Positions 28,081 through 36,445 of a stretch of 64,000 nt of DNA are shown one piece after another. The notes beneath the pieces were generated by a model, which was not told the DNA's origin, ran no database searches, and was given only the letters and a program-made list of their open reading frames with translations. How positions within the stretch are numbered: position 1 is the first letter of the stretch; each line of letters starts with the position of its first letter. The stretch covers positions 46,596 to 110,595 of the forward strand of contig JBDTZG010000012.1 of assembly GCA_040005235.1 (NCBI GenBank), written 5' to 3'. The position numbers were made by a program, and so were the translations under genes. The stretch comes from Acidobacteriota bacterium (GTDB lineage: Bacteria > Acidobacteriota > Thermoanaerobaculia > Multivoradales > UBA5704).

Positions 28081-28589
28081 TCCAGCTCAAACAACGGATC
28101 GCCGCCTTCGACGGCTTGGCCGGTCTGGACGTAGATCGCTTTGATCGTGCCGTCGGCTTCGGCGAGGATCTCGTTCTGCATCTTCATCGCTTCGAGGACG
28201 ATGATGCCTTGGCCGGCGACCACTTGGGCTCCGGTCTCGGCGAGGATTGCCACCACCCGGCCCGGCATGTAGGCCGCGACCTTCCGGTGGCGGCGGCGGG
28301 CGTCGGAGCCGCCGGTGGTCGCCGCGAGGTGGGCGAGCGGATCGGCGATATCCACCTCCCAGGAAGCGGACGCGCCGGAGACGCGCAGGGTCTCTTCGCC
28401 GCTCGCGCGGACCACGACCTCGCGCTGTACCCCGTCGAACCGCAGGCTGTAGGCGCCCCGTCCGAGGACCGAGGCGTCGACGCGGTGGACGACCTCGCCG
28501 ATCGTCACCTCGTACCCTCCGTCGCCGTCGCGGCGCACCCGTGCCCGCTCTTCCCGCTCACCCAGCTTGACCCAGAGGTCCATCGTCAA
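28077..28589 (-). CDS. Biotin carboxyl carrier protein (acyl-CoA carboxylase)
   Basis: AYMPGRVV...LEAMKMQNEI biotinyl-lysine motif. Confidence 0.93.
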   Translation of the reverse strand: MTMDLWVKLGEREERARVRRDGDGGYEVTIGEVVHRVDASVLGRGAYSLRFDGVQREVVVRASGEETLRVSGASASWEVDIADPLAHLAATTGGSDARRRHRKVAAYMPGRVVAILAETGAQVVAGQGIIVLEAMKMQNEILAEADGTIKAIYVQTGQAVEGGDPLFELE

Positions 28590-30136
28590 CCCTTCCGGCC
28601 GCCGCCCGGGCGCAGGGCGTCACGCCGGCCGGCCGCGCGCCAGAGCGTCCGGCGACCGGTCGAGCGCGGCACGGCGGTCGCGCGCTGGGCGCGCTCGAAA
28701 TGGTGGATCGCGGCGGCCACGAGCGGCAGATCGCCCGATTCTTCGACGCCCAGTCCGTGCAATTCGCCGCTCGCGAGCTTGCGGTCGAGCATGCCGATGT
28801 TCATATTGCCGGAGCGGAAATCGGGATCGGCGAGCAGCGCGCGGAACAGCGGCGCGGTCGTGCGAATCCCTTCGATCCGCAGCTCCGTGAGCGCCCGGGA
28901 GAGCCGGGCGAGCGCGCGCGGTCGGTTTTCCGCCCAGACGATCAGCTTCGCGAGCATCGGATCGTAGTGGATCGAGACCTCCGCCCCTTCGTAGACCCCG
29001 GCGTCGTTGCGGATGCCCGGTCCTTCGGGCCAGCGGAGGAGGTGGATTTTGCCGGGCGAGGGCTTGAATTTCTGGAACGGGTCCTCGGCGTAGAGCCGGA
29101 CCTCGATCGCGTGGCCACGCGGCTGGACGTCGTCGAATTCGGGGCCGAGCGGCTCCCCCTCTGCCACTCGGATCTGGGTGTAGACGAGATCGAGGCCGGT
29201 TACCAGCTCGGTCACCGGGTGCTCCACCTGAAGCCGGGTGTTCATCTCCAGGAAGTAGAAGTTTAGGTCGGCGTCGAGCAGGAACTCGCAGGTTCCGGCG
29301 TTCGCGTACCCCACCGCCGAAGCGGCGCGCACGGCCGCCTCGCCCATCCGGCGGCGCAGGTCGGGCGAGACCACCGGCGAGGGCGCCTCTTCGACCACCT
29401 TCTGGTGCCGGCGCTGGAGCGAGCATTCGCGCTCGCCGAGCGAGACCACCCGGCCGTGGAGGTCGCCCATCACCTGGATTTCGACGTGGCGCGGATCGAC
29501 GATGAATTTTTCGATGTAGACCGCGCCGTCGCCGAAGCTGGCCAACGCCTCGGCGCTCGCGCCGCGAAACGCCGCCGCGATCTCGGGCTCTGAATCGACC
29601 CGGCGCATCCCCTTGCCGCCGCCGCCCGCCGAGGCCTTGATCATCACCGGATAGCCGATCGAGGCGGCAAACGCCGCGGCCCCTTCGGCATCGGCGATCG
29701 GATCGCGCCCGCCGGGGACGACCGGCACGCCGGCATCGATCATCCGGCGCCGGCTTTCGACCTTCGAGCCCATCGCGTCCATCGCCTCGGGCGAGGGGCC
29801 GATGAAGACCACCCCCGCCTCGCGGCACATGCGGGCGAATTCGGCGCGCTCCGAGAGAAAGCCGTAGCCGGGATGGATCGCGTCCGCGCCGATCCGCTTC
29901 GCGAGATCGACGATCTCCTGCCCTTTCAGATAGCTCTCGCGCGAGGGGGCCGGGCCGATCGGATACGCCTCGTCGGCGAGCAGAACGGGAAGGCTCTTCC
30001 TATCCGGCTCGGAGTAGATGACGGCGGAGCGAATGCCCATTTCGCGCAGGGTGCGCAGCACGCGCACCGCGATTTCGCCGCGATTGGCGATCAGCACTTT
30101 CTTCAACTTACGGGCGATGGGCGGAGGAGTAGGCAA
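28586..30136 (-). CDS. accC: Biotin carboxylase subunit (acetyl/propionyl-CoA carboxylase)
   Basis: KVLIANRGEIA, AIHPGYGFLSE, KASAGGGGKGMR, ERECSLQRRHQKV, FLEMNTRLQVEHPVTE, YDPMLAKLI. Confidence 0.93.
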   Translation of the reverse strand: MPTPPPIARKLKKVLIANRGEIAVRVLRTLREMGIRSAVIYSEPDRKSLPVLLADEAYPIGPAPSRESYLKGQEIVDLAKRIGADAIHPGYGFLSERAEFARMCREAGVVFIGPSPEAMDAMGSKVESRRRMIDAGVPVVPGGRDPIADAEGAAAFAASIGYPVMIKASAGGGGKGMRRVDSEPEIAAAFRGASAEALASFGDGAVYIEKFIVDPRHVEIQVMGDLHGRVVSLGERECSLQRRHQKVVEEAPSPVVSPDLRRRMGEAAVRAASAVGYANAGTCEFLLDADLNFYFLEMNTRLQVEHPVTELVTGLDLVYTQIRVAEGEPLGPEFDDVQPRGHAIEVRLYAEDPFQKFKPSPGKIHLLRWPEGPGIRNDAGVYEGAEVSIHYDPMLAKLIVWAENRPRALARLSRALTELRIEGIRTTAPLFRALLADPDFRSGNMNIGMLDRKLASGELHGLGVEESGDLPLVAAAIHHFERAQRATAVPRSTGRRTLWRAAGRRDALRPGGGRKG

Positions 30137-30156
30137 GGTGGCATATCCTACCTGGA

Positions 30157-30918
30157 ATGCCTGTTCCTTCGCCCGTTCGGCTGGCGGTCTGGTCCGGTCC
30201 CCGGAACATCTCGACTGCGATGATGCGCTCGTTCGAGAGCCGTTCCGACAGCCACGTCACCGACGAGCCGCTCTACAGCCACTACCTGAAATCGACCGGC
30301 CTCCCCCATCCCGGCCGGGACGAGGTCATCGCCCACCACGAGAGCGACTGGCGGAAGGTTGTCGCGTGGCTCACCGGGCCGGTGCCGGGAGGCAAGGCGC
30401 TCTGGTACCAGAAGCACATGGCCCATCACCTGCTGCCGGAGATCGACCGAGGCGATCTCCCGGGTACTAAGGACGGCGACTGGCTCTCGCAGCTCGAAAA
30501 CTGCTTCCTGATTCGCGAGCCGCGGGCGATGCTCGCCTCGCTCGCCAAGGTCATTCCGAATCCGACGATCGAAGACACCGGCCTGCCCCAACAGGTGGAG
30601 CTGTTCGAGCGGATCCGCGCCCGGCGCGGCGCGGCGCCTCCGGTGGTCGACGCAAGGGACGTGCTGGTCGATCCGCGCCGAACGTTGAGCGCGCTCTGCG
30701 AGCGGGTGGGAATCGAATTCGAGGACTCGATGCTCGCCTGGCCCCCGGGCCGGCGGGCGACCGACGGGATCTGGGCCGAGCACTGGTATGCGGAGGTCGA
30801 ACGCTCGACCGGTTTCGCCCCCTACCGGCCGAAAGGCAACGATCTGCCCGAAAGGCTTGCGCCGCTCGCGAAACAGTGCGGAGAGCTGTACGACCGGTTG
30901 GCCGATCATCGGCTGTAG
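30157..30918 (+). CDS. Sulfotransferase-like P-loop protein (family also found fused to BCAT-like proteins)
   Basis: WSGPRNISTAMMRSF, DEPLY, YQKHMAHH, FLIREP, WAEHWY...STGF. Confidence 0.8.
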   Translation: MPVPSPVRLAVWSGPRNISTAMMRSFESRSDSHVTDEPLYSHYLKSTGLPHPGRDEVIAHHESDWRKVVAWLTGPVPGGKALWYQKHMAHHLLPEIDRGDLPGTKDGDWLSQLENCFLIREPRAMLASLAKVIPNPTIEDTGLPQQVELFERIRARRGAAPPVVDARDVLVDPRRTLSALCERVGIEFEDSMLAWPPGRRATDGIWAEHWYAEVERSTGFAPYRPKGNDLPERLAPLAKQCGELYDRLADHRL

Positions 30919-30993
30919 GGTCCGCACGGGCTTTCCGTCCTCTGGAGGGGGCGGTCCGGCCCCGCCGATCCTGATTTCGCCCCGCACGAAATG

Positions 30994-31010
30994 TTGGCCG
31001 CAACCTTGCA
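30994..31010 (+). promoter_or_regulatory. Sigma54 (-24/-12) promoter
   Basis: TTGGCCGCAACCTTGCA fits GG-N10-GC with TTGCA; a near-identical copy lies at 33248-33264 before the paralogue. Confidence 0.75.
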
Positions 31011-31083
31011 AATGGGGAGAGCATGAGACAATTCCTTGCCCGCATTGGAGCGAGGTTCGATGAGCTCTGAGGAGAGTATCGCC

Positions 31084-31575
31084 ATGAGTTTGATCCACTG
31101 TTTTTCCTCGCGCCGTTGCGCGTTCCTTGCGATCGGATTCGCCGCAGTCGCGGGCTTCGCGCTCGCAGCACCGGCCGCCGTCAAGGCCGACGAAGTCTCC
31201 CGGGTCATCGCCATTCAGGTCTACGCCCAGGCCAACGGCGAGGACGACTCCACCCTCTATGGCGTCGCCCCGGAAAACGAGCCGGTCGATGTCTCCGCCG
31301 GCCAGCGGCTGCGTCTCACCCTGGTGGGAACCGGACTGGTCGACGGCACGGGGGAGGAGATCGAAATCCCGGCATCCTTCAATGTAGCGGCCGGCCCGAG
31401 CGTCGACATCATCGGCCGCGGCAGTAACTGGGTCGACGTGTCCATCCGGCGCAACGCGAGCGGAGTCGCCGGGCAAATCGGCTATCGGGTGGGCGACGAC
31501 TACGAAATGCGCGGCGAAATCCGCACCGGCTGGATCGTCCTTCAGGTGGAAGAAGAGGAAGAGGAAGAGGAATAG
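31084..31575 (+). CDS. Secreted hypothetical protein, paralogue A (single beta-rich domain, poly-Glu tail)
   Basis: Signal peptide; VIAIQVYA...GVAPENE...RLRLTLVG...WVDV...AGQIGYRV..DYEMRG is shared with the genes at 31582 and 33323. Confidence 0.8.
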   Translation: MSLIHCFSSRRCAFLAIGFAAVAGFALAAPAAVKADEVSRVIAIQVYAQANGEDDSTLYGVAPENEPVDVSAGQRLRLTLVGTGLVDGTGEEIEIPASFNVAAGPSVDIIGRGSNWVDVSIRRNASGVAGQIGYRVGDDYEMRGEIRTGWIVLQVEEEEEEEE

Positions 31576-31581
31576 AACGCC

Positions 31582-32490
31582 ATGAAAATCAATCGAAGCT
31601 CTACCTTGCGCCCCGGCGCATTCCCCGCGGTCTCGGCGGTCTTTCTCGCCGCGATCACCGCGGTCGCCGCGCTCGCTTTCGCGATCCCGGCAGCCGCCAC
31701 GAAAGTCATCGCGATCCAGGTCTACGCCGACCCGGCGGGTTCCGGCGGCGAGGCGCGCTACGGCGTTGCGCCCGAGAACGAAGCCGTGCCGGTCACTGCC
31801 GGTGAGCGCCTGCGCCTCACCCTGATCGGCAGCGCGCTGATCGACGGTATTGGCAAAGAGGTTCGGATCAACGCGTCGTTCAGCGTCGCGGCCGGTGACG
31901 TTCAAATCGTCGGCCGTGGCGAGGATTGGGTCGACGTGGTGGTCGGTCGCGGGGAAAATGGCGGCGCCGGGCAGATCGGTTACCGCGTGACCGACGACTA
32001 CGAGATGCGCGGAGGGTTCTCCAACGGCCGGATCACCCTCCAGATCCAGCGCGGCTCAGGCCATGGCGGGGGTGAAGATCACGGGGGAAGGGGCGATCAC
32101 AATGGCGGCGGTAATTCGAGCCGGCATGAGAAGGCGACCACCGTCACCCGCGCGCTGATCGAGGGAATCTCGAACAGCAACTTCGACGAAGATCGCGACA
32201 GCGAATGGGTCGACGAGGTCTACGAAGGGGGCTACGACGGCGTCGTCTCGGTCGCCGGCGATCTCGCCCGCCAGGCTTCGCGACACGGCTCGCAGGACGC
32301 GGAGGCGACCGTCCGCCGGCTCTACCGCTTCCTACTCCGGCGCAGCTCCGACAAGATCGATTCGGATGAAGGCTTTTGGACCAACGTCACGGCGATGCGC
32401 AAGGCCGGGCTGGAAAACGTGGTCCAGACGATCGTCGAGTCCGACGAGTTCAGCCGGGCGTTCCGGCTCGACGACTTCGACGCGCGCTAG
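31582..32490 (+). CDS. Secreted hypothetical protein, paralogue B (shared domain plus a DUF4214-like C-terminal helical domain)
   Basis: Same N-terminal domain; Gly/His linker; TVRRLYRFLLRR...DEG...VVQTIVESDEF. Confidence 0.8.
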   Translation: MKINRSSTLRPGAFPAVSAVFLAAITAVAALAFAIPAAATKVIAIQVYADPAGSGGEARYGVAPENEAVPVTAGERLRLTLIGSALIDGIGKEVRINASFSVAAGDVQIVGRGEDWVDVVVGRGENGGAGQIGYRVTDDYEMRGGFSNGRITLQIQRGSGHGGGEDHGGRGDHNGGGNSSRHEKATTVTRALIEGISNSNFDEDRDSEWVDEVYEGGYDGVVSVAGDLARQASRHGSQDAEATVRRLYRFLLRRSSDKIDSDEGFWTNVTAMRKAGLENVVQTIVESDEFSRAFRLDDFDAR

Positions 32491-33130
32491 CCTCGTCCGC
32501 CTTGCGCTTGGCCGAAGCCGCCCAGGAGCAGATCGGGCAGGCGGCCAGGTCGTGGTAGAGCGCCGGGCACTTCTCGCGGCCGAAATAGATGATCTGAAGG
32601 TGGACTCTTCCCCAGCTTTCTTTGGGGAAGAGTGCCTTCAGGTCCGCTTCGGTCTTCCCGACGTTCGATCCATCCGAAAGACCCCAGCGCGCGGCCAGCC
32701 GGTGGATGTGGGTATCGACCGCGAACGCCGGCAGGCCGAACGCCTGATCCATCACCACCGACGCTGTTTTGTGCCCGACACCGGGCAACGCCTCAAGCTC
32801 CTCAAACGTCCGCGGCACGACCCCGCCGTGGCGCTCGACCAGCAGCTCTGAGAGGCGCTTCAGGTTCTTCGCCTTGGTGGGCGCGAGACCGATGCGCCGG
32901 ATCAGGTGTTGGATCTCTTCAACCGGCAGCGCCGCCATCGCGGCGGAGGTAGGCGCCCGGGCGAACAGCTCGGGCGTCACGGTGTTCACCAGCTTGTCGG
33001 TGGTTTGCGCCGAGAGGACGACCGCTACCAACAGGGTGAACGGATCGACGTGATCGAGCGGAATCGCCATCTCGGGGTAAAGATCGTCGAGGATCGCTTG
33101 GATGCGGTCGGCCTTCTCGCGGCGGGTCAT
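32450..33130 (-). CDS. nth: Endonuclease III
   Basis: FTLLVAVVLSAQTTD, LPGVGHKTA (HhH motif), VDTHIHR, IYFGREKCPA. Confidence 0.93.
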   Translation of the reverse strand: MTRREKADRIQAILDDLYPEMAIPLDHVDPFTLLVAVVLSAQTTDKLVNTVTPELFARAPTSAAMAALPVEEIQHLIRRIGLAPTKAKNLKRLSELLVERHGGVVPRTFEELEALPGVGHKTASVVMDQAFGLPAFAVDTHIHRLAARWGLSDGSNVGKTEADLKALFPKESWGRVHLQIIYFGREKCPALYHDLAACPICSWAASAKRKADEASARRSRRAGTPG

Positions 33131-33247
33131 GAGGGGGTGGATTCTCCGTCGAAGCGCCCGCTGCAATCAAGACCGGACTTGTCACCTGGAGAGGACGAAT
33201 CGGAACTTTTTTCCGCCTTTAGCCTTTCGCTACCCGGGGAAGTAGGG

Positions 33248-33264
33248 TTGGCCGCGACCTTGCA
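33248..33264 (+). promoter_or_regulatory. Sigma54 (-24/-12) promoter
   Basis: TTGGCCGCGACCTTGCA, one mismatch from 30994-31010. Confidence 0.75.
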
Positions 33265-33322
33265 CTATGTCCTAAGCGTTCAGTGACCCGCTCGAGTTTG
33301 ACCCGTAAACGAGGAGATTTCC

Positions 33323-34270
33323 ATGACCATCGAATCCAGTACCCTTAAGACCCGCCTTTTCTCGGTTGCCGCTCTGGCTTTCGCCCTCGCGGTGCCCGTT
33401 GCCGGACAGGGAGCCAGAGAGCGCTCTTGGGATCGTGACCATTCCCGCTCGGTCGAAACCGGAGCCACCAAAGTCATCGCCATCCAGGTCTGGGCCGATC
33501 CGTTCGGCAACGGCCGGGAACAGCGTTTCGGCGTCGCCCCCGACAACGAAGCGGTGCAGGTTTGGCCGGGAGAACGGCTGCGCCTCACGCTGGTCGGAAC
33601 CGGTCTGTTCAACAGTGAAGGAGAAGAGGTTCCGGTCGCCGCGACGTTCAACATCGAGGCCGGCCGAGATATATCGATCCTCCGCGCGGCCAACAATTGG
33701 GTCGAGGTTGCGATCGACGGCGACGCGCACGGCGTGGCCGGCCAGCTCGGTTTTCGGGTTCGCAGCGGCTACGACATGCGCGGCTCGCTCACCAATGGCC
33801 GCATCACCCTGGAGGCCCGACGCGGCGCCCACGATATCGACCACGGGGATCGCAACGAACGCCCGGACGTGGGAACCTCGACCCGGCGCGAGAAGTCGCG
33901 ACTCGTCACCCGTGCGCTGATCGAAGGGATCTTGGATGCGAAGTTCGATCCGGTCCGCGATGGCGATCGGGTCGAAGAGATCTATAACGGCGGCTACCGC
34001 GAAGTGCAGCAATTCGCCGATGATCTCGCCCGTTCGGTCGAGCGGCGCCGCATACGCCTCGATTCGGAGGAGACGGTTCGCCGCCTGTACGTGGTGCTGC
34101 TCAAGCGGACCAACGACCAGATCCGCGCGGATCGCGGCTTCTTCTCAAACGTCGAGGCGATGCGCCGCCACGGTCTGCGCTCGGTAGTGCGGACGATTGT
34201 CAACTCGGTCGAGTTCCGCCGCGTCTTCGATCTGAACGATTTCGACCGGCAGCGCCGCGAACGCCGCTAG
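33323..34270 (+). CDS. Secreted hypothetical protein, paralogue C
   Basis: GAGGAG RBS; shared N-terminal domain; C-terminal TVRRLYVVLLKR...DRG...VVRTIVNSVEF. Confidence 0.8.
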   Translation: MTIESSTLKTRLFSVAALAFALAVPVAGQGARERSWDRDHSRSVETGATKVIAIQVWADPFGNGREQRFGVAPDNEAVQVWPGERLRLTLVGTGLFNSEGEEVPVAATFNIEAGRDISILRAANNWVEVAIDGDAHGVAGQLGFRVRSGYDMRGSLTNGRITLEARRGAHDIDHGDRNERPDVGTSTRREKSRLVTRALIEGILDAKFDPVRDGDRVEEIYNGGYREVQQFADDLARSVERRRIRLDSEETVRRLYVVLLKRTNDQIRADRGFFSNVEAMRRHGLRSVVRTIVNSVEFRRVFDLNDFDRQRRERR

Positions 34271-34324
34271 ATTCCTCGCAGGGATTCGTGAACCGGTGAG
34301 GGCGCGCTGCGCCCTCACCCACCC

Positions 34325-35269
34325 TCACCAACTGCTCGAAGAACCTCCCCCGCCGAAGCTGCCGCCGCCTCCCGAGAAGCTGTCCGACGACGAATCGGAC
34401 CCCCAGGACGAGCCGCCGCTCGACGAGCTTGAGCTTCCGGAGTTCCAACTCCATCCCCGGCTTCCCCGGGAGCCGCGCAGCATTCCGGCCGGCGCCTTCT
34501 TCACCCGGCCGGTCAAGCGGAGCCAGAGGCGGATCAGCGGAAATCCGATCAGCCACGTCAGCAGGACCCCGACCGCCACCGGACCCGAGGTCGCCAAGGC
34601 GCCCAGGATCGCGACGAACGGTGTGACGATCGCGTAGATCCCCCAACAGGCGCAGCCCGGCGTCTTGAGTCCGAGCCCGCCGAATACGCCCATGATCCCC
34701 AGCAGCATCCCGCCGACGATCAGCTGCCCGGCCAGACCCAGGGAAGGCGAAGCCGCGGGCGGCGGATCGGGAGGCGCCTGGCCGCGCAGCTGGGCGCCGA
34801 TCGCGTCCACCCCGTTTTTGATGCCGCCGGCATAGTCGCCGGAGCGAAACGCCGGGCGGACCAGGTCGTCTTGAATCCGCCGGGTGCGGATGTCGGTGAG
34901 CGTCGGCTCCAGGCCGTACCCCACTTCGATGCGCATCTTGCGGTCGTCGCGCGCCACCAGGAACAGCACGCCGTCGTCCCGTTTGGCGTCGCCCAGCTTC
35001 CAGGTTTCGGCCACCCGATGAGAGAAATCCTCGATCGGCTCGCCGTCCAGGCCCGCCACGGTCAGCACCGCCACCTGCGCCTTCGTGTCTTTTTCCAATG
35101 CGGCGAGCTTGCCTTCGAGCGCGGTGCGCGCCTCGGGCGAAAGAAGCGCCGCTTCGTCGACCACGCGGCCGGAGAGAAACGGCACCGGGCGCACGTCCGC
35201 CCCGGCCGAATAAGAAACGAACAGCGCGAACGCTAGAGCCAGAGGGAGCGGGAGCGAGGGCCGACGCAT
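34325..35269 (-). CDS. TPM-domain (YgcG-type) membrane protein with Gly/Ser tail
   Basis: GRVVDEA, QVAVLTV, WKLG...DDGVLFLVARDDRKMRIEVGYGLE; FSGGGGSFGGGGSSSSW. Confidence 0.9.
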   Translation of the reverse strand: MRRPSLPLPLALAFALFVSYSAGADVRPVPFLSGRVVDEAALLSPEARTALEGKLAALEKDTKAQVAVLTVAGLDGEPIEDFSHRVAETWKLGDAKRDDGVLFLVARDDRKMRIEVGYGLEPTLTDIRTRRIQDDLVRPAFRSGDYAGGIKNGVDAIGAQLRGQAPPDPPPAASPSLGLAGQLIVGGMLLGIMGVFGGLGLKTPGCACWGIYAIVTPFVAILGALATSGPVAVGVLLTWLIGFPLIRLWLRLTGRVKKAPAGMLRGSRGSRGWSWNSGSSSSSSGGSSWGSDSSSDSFSGGGGSFGGGGSSSSW

Positions 35270-35958
35270 CACGTCTCCTTGAGGCGCAGATCGTCCGGCA
35301 GCTCGTTGACCGCGGCCGACACGGGCGCCATGTCGGAGGTCGAATCCGCCGCCGAATCGATCGTCAAGCCGGCCGCGCGCAGGACTTCCCCCACCTCGGC
35401 CACTCCGGCGGCGAGCGCGGCGGCCGGGCGCTCGCTTTTGAGCCGGCCGGCGATTCCGGCGGCGACGCCGTCCCACGCGGCGGTGGAAACCCGGCCGCGC
35501 AGTCCGACGTCCGGCAGCACCAGCACACGCCGCTCGAACAACGAAACGAAAAGCAGCAGCCCCTGGCGGCTCGCGGTCGCGGCGAGATCCTCAGCAAGAA
35601 ACGCCGATTCCGCGCGGCGGCGCACCTGCTCGTCGATCCGGTCCTCCCCCACCAAAGCGCGGGTGAAAGGCGGCAGCCGCGACGCGAGCCACCCGAGGGC
35701 GGCCCCGACGGCCGGCGGCAGGGCGATCCAGAGCACAGGGTCGAGACCCCAAAGGCCGAGCGCGCGATGGAGCGCGGCGGCGAGTAGTCCGCCGCCCAGG
35801 GCGCCGAACGCCGCGCCTTTCCAGTCGGCATTGGCGTACCGGTCGCTTCGCGCCACGATGAACGGCACGATCTCGGCCGCCGTCCGGCGTTCGAGGTCGG
35901 CGACCGCGAGACGGAGCGCTTCGCGCTCGGAGGGTGGAAATCGATCTTCGAAGCTCAT
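35269..35958 (-). CDS. TPM-domain membrane protein (partner type)
   Basis: ERRTAAEIV, RRAESAF, GLLLFVSLFERRVLVLPDVG, NELPD. Confidence 0.85.
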   Translation of the reverse strand: MSFEDRFPPSEREALRLAVADLERRTAAEIVPFIVARSDRYANADWKGAAFGALGGGLLAAALHRALGLWGLDPVLWIALPPAVGAALGWLASRLPPFTRALVGEDRIDEQVRRRAESAFLAEDLAATASRQGLLLFVSLFERRVLVLPDVGLRGRVSTAAWDGVAAGIAGRLKSERPAAALAAGVAEVGEVLRAAGLTIDSAADSTSDMAPVSAAVNELPDDLRLKET

Positions 35959-35974
35959 GAGGAGGGGTCGGATG

Positions 35975-36406
35975 CTACTCCCATCCACCCCCCGGTGCCC
36001 GGTTTTTCTTGGTCTGCCCGCGTCGCTTCTTCTCGTCCACCCGCCGTACCTTGGCCGCCCGCGACGGACGGGTCTTCACCCGCGGCGTCTCTTCCGCGAG
36101 CGCGCCGCCGATCAGCTCGGCGAAACGGGCGATCGCCGCCTCCCGGTTCTGCCCCTGCGTCCGGTGGCGTTGGGACATGACGTGGAACACCCCGTCGCGG
36201 GTGATCCGAGTCGCCAACCGCTCGCGCAGCCGCTCCTTCTGCTCGGGGGTCAAAACCGCGGAGGCCTCCACGTCGAAGCGGAGCAGCACGCGCGTCTCGA
36301 CCTTGTTGACGTTCTGGCCGCCCGGCCCGCCGGAGCGCGCGGTCGCAAACGCCAGCTCGGTCTCCGGAATCTCCAGCCGGTCATCGATTCGAATCATCGT
36401 CGCCAT
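35975..36406 (-). CDS. arfB: Alternative ribosome-rescue peptidyl-tRNA hydrolase ArfB (YaeJ)
   Basis: RSGGPGGQNVNKV (GGQ motif), RTQGQNREAA, basic tail TRPSRAAKVRRVDEKKRRG. Confidence 0.95.
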   Translation of the reverse strand: MATMIRIDDRLEIPETELAFATARSGGPGGQNVNKVETRVLLRFDVEASAVLTPEQKERLRERLATRITRDGVFHVMSQRHRTQGQNREAAIARFAELIGGALAEETPRVKTRPSRAAKVRRVDEKKRRGQTKKNRAPGGGWE

Positions 36407-36445
36407 GGCTCTCAAGTCTCTCTGCGATAGGCTCGCTACCCGCCA

